Translations under genes and position numbers: made by a program
Notes under the pieces: generated by a model
Told to the model about the DNA's origin: nothing
The model's database searches: none
What the model saw: only the letters and a program-made list of their open reading frames with translations
Shown: positions 37,901 through 51,600 of the stretch, piece by piece
Layout: each line of letters opens with the position of its first letter
How positions within the stretch are numbered: position 1 is the stretch's first letter
DNA from: Eledone cirrhosa
Taxonomy: Eukaryota
Length of the DNA: 64,000 nt
Direction: 5' to 3'
Assembly (NCBI GenBank): GCA_964016885.1
Contig: OZ024752.1
Location: 25,854,001-25,918,000, forward strand

Positions 37901-40900
37901 TACGACAACTATAACAACAACACTATAGCTAATAACACTACCTACGACAACTATAACACCACCACCAACAACACCATAGCTAATAACACTACCAACAACA
38001 ACTATAACAACACCACCATCAACACCATATCTTATAACACTGCCAACGACAACTATAACATCACCACCATCAAGACCATAGCTAATAACACTACCTACGA
38101 TAACTATAACACCACCACCATCAACATCATAGCTAATAACACTACCAACGACAACTATAACACCACCACCATCAACACCATAGCTAATAACACTACCTAC
38201 GACAAATATAACACCACCACCATCAATACCATAGCTAATAACACTACCAACGACAACTAGAACAACACCACCATCAACATCATAGCTAATAACACTACCA
38301 ACGACAAATATAACACCACCACCATCAACATCGTAGCTAATAACACAACCAACGACAACTGTAACACCACCAACATCAACACCATAGATAATAACACTAC
38401 CAACGACAACTATAACAACACCACCATCAACACCATAGCTTATAACACTACCAACGACAACTATAACAACACCACCATCAACACCAGAGCTAATAACACT
38501 ACCTACGACAACTATAACTACACCACCATCAACATCATAGCTAATAACACTACCTACGACAACTATAACACCACCACCATCAACACCATAGCTAATAACA
38601 CTACCAACGACAACTATTATAACACCACCATCAACACCATAACTAATAACACTACCCACGAGAACTATAACAACAACACCATAGTTAGTAACACTACCTA
38701 CGACAACTATAACACCACCACCATCAACACCATAGCTAATAACACTACCAACGACAACTAGAACAACACCACCATCAACACCATAGCTTATAACACTACC
38801 AACGACAACTATAACACCACCACCATCAACACCATAGCTAATAACACTACCTACGACAACTATAACACCACCACCATCAACACCATAGCTAATAACACTA
38901 CCTACGACAACTATAACACCACCACCATCAACACCATAGCTAATAACACTATCTACGACAACTATAACACCACCACCATCAACACCATAGCTAATAACAC
39001 TACCTACGACAACTATAACAACACCAACATCAACACCATAGCTTATAACACTACCTACGACAACTATAACACCACCATCATCAACACCATAGCTAATAAC
39101 ACTACCAACGACAACTATAACACCACCACCATCAACATTATAGCTAATAACACTACCAATGACAACTAGAACAACACCACCATCAACACCATAGCTTATA
39201 ACACTACCAACGACAACTATAACACCACCACCATCAACACCATAGCTAATAACACTACCTACTACAACTATAACACCACAACCATCAACATCATAGCTAA
39301 TAACACAACCAACGACAACTATAACAACACCACCATCAACACCAGAGCTAATAACACTACCTACGACAACTATAACTACACCACCATCAACATCATAGCT
39401 AATAACACTACCTACGACAACTATAACACCACCACCATCAACACCATAGCTAATAACACTACCAACGACAACTATTATAACACCACCATCAACACCATAA
39501 CTAATAACACTACCCACGAGAACTATAACAACAACACCATAGTTAGTAACACTACCTACGACAACTATAACACCACCACCATCAACACCATAGCTAATAA
39601 CACTACCAACGACAACTAGAACAACACCACCATCAACACCATAGCTTATAACACTTCCAACGACAACTATAACACCACCACCATCAACACCATAGCTAAT
39701 AACACTACCTACGACAACTATAACACCACCACCATCAACACCATAGCTAATAACACTACCTACGACAACTATAACACCACCACCATCAACACCATAGCTA
39801 ATAACACTACCTACGACAACTATAACACCTCCACCATCAACACCATAGCTAATAACACTACCTACGACAACTATGACAACACCAACATCAACCCCATAGC
39901 TTATAACACTACCTACGACAACTATAACACCACCATCATCAACACCATAGCTAATAACACTACCAACGACAACTATAACACCACCACCATCAACATTATA
40001 GCTAATAACACTACCAATGACAACTAGAACAACACCACCATCAACACCATAGCTTATAACACTACCAACGACAACTATAACACCACCACCATCAACACCA
40101 TAGCTAATAACACTACCTACTACAACTATAACACCACAACCATCAACATCATAGCTAATAACACAACCAACGACAACTATAACACCACCACCATCAACAT
40201 CATAGCTAATAACACTACCAACGACAACTATAACACCACCACCATCAACACCATAGATAATAACACTACCAACGACAACTATAACACCACCACCATCAAC
40301 ATCATAGCTAATAACACTACCAACGACAACTATAACACCACCACCATCAACACCATAGCTAATAACACAACCAACGACAACTATAACAACACCAACATCA
40401 ACACCATAGCTAATAACACTACCTACGACAACTATAACCCCACCACCATCAACACCATAGCTAATAACACTACCTACGACAACTATAACACCACCACCAT
40501 CAACACCATAGCTAATAAGAAAAACCTACGATAACTGTAACAACACCACCATCAACACCATAGCTAATAACACTACCTACGACAACTACAACACCACCAC
40601 CATCAACACCATAGCTAATAACACTACCAACGACAACTATATCATCACCACCATCAACACCATGGCTAATAACACTACCTACGACAACTATAACAACACC
40701 ACCATCAACACCATAGCTAATAACACTACCTACGACAACTATAACAACACCAGAATCAACACCATAGCTAATAACACTACCAACGACAACTATAACACCA
40801 CCACCATCAACACCATAGCCAATAACACTACCTACGACAACTATAATACCACCACCATCAACACCATAGCTAATAACACTACCTACGACAATTATAACAA

Positions 40901-43900
40901 CAACACTATAGCTAATAACACTACCTACGACAACTATAACACCACCACCATCAACACCATGGCTAATAACACTACCTACGACAACTATAACAACACCACC
41001 ATCAACACCATAGCTAATAACACTACCTACGTCAACTACAACAACACCAGAATCAAGACCATAGCTAATAACACTACCAACGACAACTATAACACCACCG
41101 CCATCAACACCATAGCCAATAACACTACCTACGACAACTATAACACCACCACCATCAACATCATAGCTAATAACACTACCTACGACAACTATAACACCAC
41201 CACCATCAACACCATAGATAATAACACTACCAACAACAACTATAACAACACCACCATCAACACCATAGCTAATAACACTACCTACGACAATTATAACACC
41301 ACCACCATCAACACCATATCTAATAACACTACCTACGACAACTATAACATCAACACCATCAACACCATAGCTAATAACACTACCTACGACAACTATAACA
41401 CCACCACCATCAACATCATAGCTAATAACACTACCAACGACAACTATAACACCACAACCATCACATCATAGCTAATAACACTAACAACGACAACTATAAC
41501 ACCACCACCATCAACACCATAGATAATAACACTACCAACGACAATTATAACACCACCACCATCAACACCATAGCTAATAACACTACCAACAACAACTATA
41601 ACAACACAACCATCAACACCATAGCTTATAACACTACCAACGACAACTATAACATCACCACCATCAACACCATAGCTAATAACACTATCTACGACAACTA
41701 TAACACCACCACCATCAACACCATAGATAATAACACTACCAACGACAATTATAACACCACCACCATCAACACCATAGCTAATAACACTACAAACAACAAC
41801 TATAACAACACAACCATCAACACCATAGCTTATAACACTACCAACGACAACTATAATAACACCACCATCAACACCATAGCTAATAACACTACCTACGACA
41901 ACTATAATAACACCACCATCAACATCATAGCTAATAACACTACCTACGACAACTATAACACCACCACCATCAACACCATAGCAAATAACACTACCAACAA
42001 CAACTATAATAACACCACCATCAACACCATAACAAAAAACACTACCCACGACAACTATAACACCACCACCATCAACACCATAGCTAATAACACTACCAAC
42101 GACAACTATAACACCACCACTATCAACACCATAGCTAATAACACTACCTACGACAACTACAACACCACCACCATCAACACCATAACTAATAACACTACCT
42201 ACGACAACTATAACAACACCACCATCAACACCATAGCTAATAACACTACCTACGACAACTATAACAACACCACCATCAACACCATAGCTAATAATACTTC
42301 CTACGACAACTATAATAACACCACCATCAACACCATAGCTAATAACACTACCTACGACAACTATAATAACACCACCATCAGCACCATAGCTAATAACACT
42401 ACCTACGACAAATATAACAACACCACCATCAACACCATAGCTAATAACACTACCTACGACAACTATAACTACATCACCATCAACATCATAGCTAATAACA
42501 CTACCTACGACAACTATAACACCACCACCATCAACACCATAGCTAATAACACTACCAACAACAACTATAATAACACCACCATCAACACCATAACTAATAA
42601 CACTACCAACGACAACTATAACACCACCACCATCAACACCATAGCTAGTAACACTACCAACGACAACTATAACACCACCACCATCAACACCATAGCTAAT
42701 AACACTACCTACGACAACTATAACACCTCCAACATCAACACCATAGCTTATAAAACTACCTACGACAACTATAAAAACACCACCATCAACATCATAGCTT
42801 ATAACACTACCTACGACAACTATAACACCACCACCATCAACACCATAGCTAATAACACTACCTACGACAACTATAACAACACCAACATCAACACCATAGC
42901 TAATAACACTACCTACGATAACTGTAACAACACCACCATCAACATCATAACTAAAAACACTACCAACGACAACTATAACACCACCACTATCAACACCATA
43001 GCTAATAACACTACCTACGACAACTATAAGAACAACACCATAGCTAATAACACTACCTACGACAACTATAACAACACCAGAATCAAAACCATAGCTAATA
43101 ACACTACCAACGACAACTATAACACCACCACCATCAACACCATGGCTAATAACACTACCAACGACAACTATAACAACACCACAATCAACACCATAGCTAA
43201 TAACACTACCTACGACAACTATAACATCAACACCATAGCCAATAACACTACCTACGACAACTATAACACCACCACCATCAACACCATAGCTAATAACACT
43301 ACCTACGACAACTATAACACCACCACCATCAACACCATAGATAATAACACTACCAACAACAACTATAACAACACCACCATCAACACCATAGCTAATAACA
43401 CTACCTACGACAACTATAAGACCACCACCATCAACACCATATCTAATAACACTACCTACGACAACTATAACATCAACACCATCAACACCATAGCTAATAA
43501 CACTACCTACGACAACTATAACACCACCACCATCAACACCATAGCTAATAACACTACCAACGACAACTAGAGCAACACCACCATCAACACCATAGCTTAT
43601 AGCACTACCAACGACAACTATAACACCACCACCATCAACACCATAGCTAATAACACTACCTACGACAACTATAACACCACCACCATCAACATCATAGCTA
43701 ATAACACTACCAACGACAACTATAACACCACAACCATCACATCATAGCTAATAACACTACCAACGACAACTATAACACCACCACCATCAACACCATAGAT
43801 AATAACACTACCAACGACAATTATAACACCACCACTATCAACACCATAGCTAATAACACTACCAACAACAACTATAACAACACAACCATCAACACCATAG

Positions 43901-45664
43901 CTTATAACACTACCAACGACAACTATAACATCACCACCATCAACACCATAGCTAATAACACTATCTACGCAACTATAACACCACCACCATCAACACCATA
44001 GCTAATAACACTACCTACGACAACTATAACATCACCACCATCAACACCATAGCTAATAACACTACCTACGACAACTATAACACCACCACCATCAACACCA
44101 TAGCTAATAACACTACCAACAACAACTATAACACCACCACCATCAACACCATAGCTAATAACACTACCAACGACAAATATAACAACACCAACATCAACAC
44201 CATAGCTAATAACACTACCTACGACAACTATAACACCACCACCATCAACACCATAGCTAATAACACTACCTACGACAATTATAACAACAACACTATAGCT
44301 AATAACACTACCTACGACAACTATAACACCACCACCATCAACACCATGGCTAATAACACTACCTACGACAACTATAACAACACCACCATCAACACCATAG
44401 CTAATAACACTACCTACGTCAACTATAACAACACCAGAATCAAGACCATAGCTAATAACACTACCAACGACAACTATAACACCACCACCATCAACACCAT
44501 AGCCAATAACACTACCTACGACAACTATAACACCACCACCATCAACACCATAGCTAATAACACTACCTACGACAACTATAACACCACCACCATCAACACC
44601 ATAGATAATAACACTACCAACAACAACTATAACAACACCACCATCAACACCATAGCTAATAACACTACCTACGACAACTATAACACCACCACCATCAACA
44701 CCATATCTAATAACACTACCTACGACAACTATAACATCAACACCATCAACACCATAGCTAATAATACTACCTACGACAACTATAACACCACCACCATCAA
44801 CACCATAGCTAATAACACTACCAACGACAACTAGAGCAACACCACCATCAACACCATAGCTTATAGCACTACCAACGACAACTATAACACCACCACCATC
44901 AACACCATAGCTAATAACACTACCTACGACAACTATAACACCACCACCATCAACATAATAGCTAATAACACTACCAACGACAACTATAACACCACAACCA
45001 TCACATCATAGCTAATAACACTACCAACGACAACTATAACACCACCACCATCAACACCATAGATAATAACACTACCAACGACAATTATAACACCACCACC
45101 ATCAACACCATAGCTAATAACACTACTAACAACAACTATAACAACACAACCATCAACACCATAGCTTATAACACTACCAACGACAACTATAACATCACCA
45201 CCATCAACACCATAGCTAATAACACTATCTACGACAACTATAACACCACCACCATCAACACCATAGCTAATAACACTACCTACGACAACTATAACACCAC
45301 CACCATCAACACCATAGCTAATAACACTACCAACAACAACTATAACACCACCACCATCAACACCATAGCTAATAACACTACCAACGACAAATATAACAAC
45401 ACCAACATCAACACCATAGCTAATAACACTACCTACGACAACTATAACACCACCACCATCAACACCATAGCTAATAACACTACCAACGACAACTAGAACA
45501 ATACCACCATCAACACCATAGCTTATAACACTACCAACGACAACTATAACACCACCACCATCAACACCATAGCTAATAACACTACCTACGACAACTATAA
45601 CACCACCACCATCAACACCATAGCTAATAACACTACCAAGGACAACTATATCATCACCACCATC

Positions 45665-48600
45665 AACATCATAGCTAATAACACTACCTACGACAACTAT
45701 AACAACACCACCATCAACACCATAGCTAATAACACTACCTACGACAACTATAACAACACCACCATCAACACCATAGCTAGTAATACTTCCTACGACAACT
45801 ATAATAACACCACCATCAACACCATAGCTAATAACACTACCTACGACAACTATAATAACACCACCATCAGCACCATAGCTAATAACACTACCTACGACAA
45901 ATATAACAACACCACCATCAACACCATAGTTAATAACACTACCTACGACAACTATAACTACACCACCATCAACATCATAGCTAATAACACTACCTACGAC
46001 AACTATAACACCACCACCATCAAAACCATAGCTAATAACACTACCTACGACAAATATAACAACACCACCATCAACACCATAGTTAATAACACTACCTACG
46101 ACAACTATAACTACACCACCATCAACATCATAGCTAATAACACTACCAAGGACAACTATAACACCACCACCATCAACACCATAGCTAATAACACTACCTA
46201 CGACAATTATAACAACAACACTATAGCTAATAACACTACCTACGACAACTATAAGACCACCACCATCAACACCATGGCTAATAACACTACCTACGACAAC
46301 TATAACAACACCACCATCAACACCATAGCCAATAACACTACCTACGACAACTATAACACCACCACCATCAACACCATAGCTAATAACACTACCTACGACA
46401 ATTATAACAACAACACTATAGCTAATAACACTACCTACGACAACTATAACACCACCACCATCAAAACCATAGCGAATAACACTACCTACGACAAATATAA
46501 CAACACCACCATCAACACCATGGCTAATAACACTACCTACGACAACTATAACAACACCAGAATCAAGAACATAGCTAATAACACTACCAACGACAACTAT
46601 AACACCACCACCATCAACACCATAGACAATAACACTACCTACGACAACTATAACAACACCAGAATCAAGAACATAGCTAATAACACTACCAACGACAACT
46701 ATAACACCACCACCATCAACACCATAGACAATAACACTACCTACGACAACTATAACACCACCACCATCAACACCATAGCTAATAACACTACCTACGACAA
46801 CTATAACACCACCACCATCAACACCATAGATAATAACACTACCAACAACAACTATAACAACACCACCATCAACACCATAGCTAATAACACTACCTACGAC
46901 AACTATAACACCACCACCATCAACACCATATCTAATAACACTACCTACGACAACTATAACATCAACACCATCAACACCATAGCTAATAACACTCCCTACG
47001 ACAACTATAACACCACCACCATCAACACCATAGCTAATAACACTACCAACGACAACTAGAGCAACACCACCATCAACACCATAGCTTATAGCACTACCAA
47101 CGACAACAATAACACCACCACCATCAACACCATAGCTAATAACACTACCTACGACAACTATAACACCACCACCATCAACATCATAGCTAATAACACTACC
47201 AACGACAACTATAACACCACAACCATCACATCATAGCTAATAACACTACCAACGACAACTATAACACCACCACCATCAACACCATAGATAATAACACTAC
47301 CAACGACAATTATAACAACACAACCATCAACACCATAGCTTATAACACTACCAACGACAACTATAACATCACCACCATCAACACCATAGCTAATAACACT
47401 ATCTACGACAACTATAACACCACCACCATCAACACCATAGCTAATAACACTACCTACGACAACTATAACATCACCACCATCAACACCATAGCCAATAACA
47501 CTACCTACGACAACTATAACACCACCACCATCAACACCATAGCTAATAACACTACCTACGACAACTATAACACCACCACCATCAACACCATAGATAATAA
47601 CACAACCAACAACAACTATAACAACACCACCATCAATACCATAGCTAATAACACTACCTACGACAACTATAACACCACCACCATCAACACCATATCTAAT
47701 AACACTACCTACGACAACTATAACATCAACACCATCAACACCATAGCTTATAACACTACCTACGACAACTATAACACCACCACCATCAACACCATAGCTA
47801 ATAACACTACCAACGACAACTAGAGCAACACCACCATCAACACCATAGCTTATAGCACTACCAACGACAACTATAACACCACCACCATCAACACCATAGC
47901 TAATAACACTACCTACGACAACTATAACACCACCACCATCAACATCATAGCTAATAACACTACCAACGACAACTATAACACCACAACCATCACATCATAG
48001 CTAATAACACTACCAACGACAACTATAACACCACCACCATCAACACCATAGATAATAACACTACCAACGACAATTATAACACCACCACCATCAACACCAT
48101 AGCTAATAACACTACCAACAACAACTATAACAACACAACCATCAACACCATAGCTTATAACACTACCAACGACAACTATAACATCACCACCATCAATACC
48201 ATAGCTAATAACACTATCTACGACAACTATAACACCACCACCATCAACACCATAGCTAATAACACTACCTACGACAACTATAACACCACCACCATCAACA
48301 CCATAGCTAATAACACTACCAACGACAAATATAACAACACCAACATCAACACCATAGCTAATAACTACCTACGACAACTATAACACCACCACCATCAACA
48401 CCATAGCTAATAACACTACCAACGACAACTAGAACAATACCACCATCAACACCATAGCTTATAACACTACCAACGACAACTATAACACCACCACCATCAA
48501 CACCATAGATAATAACACTACCTACGACAACTATAACACCACCACCATCAACACCATAGCTAATAACACTACCAAGGACAACTATATCATCAGCACCATC

Positions 48601-51600
48601 AACATCATAGCTAATATCACTACCTACGACAACTATAACAACACCACCATCAACATCATAGCTAATAACACTACCTACGACAACTATAACAACACCACCA
48701 TCAACACCATAGCTAATAACACTACCAACGACAACTAGAGCAACACCACCATCAACACCATAGTTTATAGCACTACCAACGACAACTATAACACCACCAC
48801 CATCAACACCATAGCTAATAACACTACCTACGACAACTATAACACCACCACCATCAACACCATAGCTAATAACACTACCAAGGACAACTATATCATCACC
48901 ACCATCAACATCATAGCTAATAACACTACCTACGACAACTATAACAACACCACCATCAACATCATAGCTAATAACACTACCTACGACAACTATAACAACA
49001 CCACCATCAACACCATAGCTAATAATACTTCCTACGACAACTATAATAACACCACCATCAACACCATAGCTAATAACACTACCTACGACAACTATAATAA
49101 CACCACCATCAGCACCATAGCTAATAACACTACCTACGACAAATATAACAACACCACCATCAACACCATAGTTAATAACACTACCTACGACAACTATAAC
49201 TACACCACCATCAATATCATAGCTAATAACACTACCTACGACAACTATAACACCACCACCATCAACACCATAGCTAATAACACTACCTACGACAAATATA
49301 ACAACACCACCATCAACACCATAGTTAATAACACTACCTACGACAACTATAACTACACCACCATCAACATCATAGCTAATAACACTACCAAGGACAACTA
49401 TAACACCACCACCATCAACACCATAGCTAATAACACTACCTACGACAATTATAACAACAACACTATAGCTAATAACACTACCTACGACAACTATAACAAC
49501 ACCACCATCAACACCATGGCTAATAACATTACCTACGACAACTATAACAACACCACCATCAACACCATAGCTAATAACACTACCTACGTCAACTATAACA
49601 ACACCAGAATCAAGACCATAGCTAATAACACTACCAACGACAACTATAACACCACCACCATCAACACCATAGCCAATAACACTACCTACGACAACTATAA
49701 CACCACCACCATCAACACCATAGCTAATAACACTACCTACGACAACTATAACACCACCACCATCAACACCATAGATAATAACACTACCAACAACAACTAT
49801 AACAACACCACCATCAACACCATAGCTAATAACACTACCTACGACAACTATAACACCACCACCATCAACACCATATCTAATAACACTCCCTACGACAACT
49901 ATAACACCACCACCATCAACACCATAGCTAATAACACTACCAACGACAACTAGAGCAACACCACCATCAACACCATAGCTTATAGCACTATCAACGACAA
50001 CTATAACACCAGCACCATCAACACCATAGCTAATAACACTACCTACGACAACTATAACACCACCACCATCAAGATCATAGCTAATAACACTACCAACGAC
50101 AACTATAACACCACAACCATCACATCATAGCTAATAACACTACCAACGACAACTATAACACCACCACCATCAACACCATAGATAATAACACTACCAACGA
50201 CAATTATAACAACACAACCATCAACACCATAGCTTATAACACTACCAACGACAACTATAACATCACCACCATCAACACCATAGCTAATAACACTATCTAC
50301 GACAACTATAACACCACCACCATCAACACCATAGCTAATAACACTACCTACGACAACTATAACATCACCACCATCAACACCATAGCTAATAACACTACCT
50401 ACGACAACTATAACACCACCACCATCAACACCATAGCTAATAACACTACCAACAACAACTATAACACCACCACCATCAACACCATAGCTAATAACACTAC
50501 CAACGACAAATATAACAACACCAACATCAACACCATAGCTAATAACACTACCTACGACAACTATAACACCACCACCATCAACACCATAGCTAATAACACT
50601 ACCAACGACAACTAGAACAATACCACCATCAACACCATAGCTTATAACACTACCAACGACAACTATAACACCACCTCCATCAACACCATAGCTAATAACA
50701 CTACCTACGACAACTATAACACCACCACCATCAACACCATAGCTAATAACACTACCAAGGACAACTATATCATCACCACCATCAACATCATAGCTAATAA
50801 CACTACCTACGACAACTATAATAACACCACCATCAGCACCATAGCTAGTAACACTACCTACGACAAATATAAAAACACCACCATCAACACCATAGTTAAT
50901 AACACTACCTACGACAACTATAACTACACCACCATCAACATCATAGCTAATAACACTACCTACGACAACTATAACACCACCACCATCAACACCATAGCTA
51001 ATAACACTACCAACAACAACTATAATAACACCACCATCAACACCATAACTAATAACACTACCCACGACAAATATAACAACAACACCATAGCTAGTAACAC
51101 TACCAACGACAACTATAACACCACCACCATCAACACCATAGCTAATAACACTACCTACGACAACTATAACACCACCAACATCAACACCATAGCTTATAAA
51201 ACTACCTACGACAACTATAAAAACACCACCATCAACATCATAGCTTATAACACTACCTACGACAACTATAACAACACCATAGCTAATAACACTACCTACG
51301 ATAACTGTAACAACACCACCATCAACATCATAACTAAAAACACTACCAACGACAACTATAACACCACCACTATCAACACCATAGCTAATAACACTACCTA
51401 CGACAACTATAACACCACCACCATCAACACCATATCTAATAACACTCCCTACGACAAATATAACACCACCACCATCAACACCATAGCTAATAACACTACC
51501 AACGACAACTAGAGCAACACCACCATCAACACCATAGCTTATAGCACTATCAACGACAACTATAACACCACCACCATCAACACCATAGCTAATAACACTA

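Larger units (their letters stand above)
15458..39517 (-). other. 24-kb stop-free reading frame through the repeat (17-aa unit GSVISYGVDGGGVIVVV); probably not a gene
   Basis: The frame is open in the ORF track, but its 'start' is a GTG made by a repeat variant (CAC at 39515-39517). It has no unique N- or C-terminus and ends via a 1-bp deletion at about 15476. Only the TAT codon is one substitution from a stop. Confidence refers to the non-gene interpretation. Confidence 0.8.

Noticed and set aside
15458-39517. 8,019-aa Val/Gly-rich 'giant protein' (and the similar minus ORFs at 1478, 4330, 7312, 41444, 50103, 51662, 57516, 59075, 60705)
   Set aside because: Only 2 of 153 possible single substitutions in the minus-frame consensus create a stop, so long open frames are expected. 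The starts are GTG repeat variants and the ends are caused by frameshift alleles. There are no unique domains, signal peptide or non-repetitive termini.
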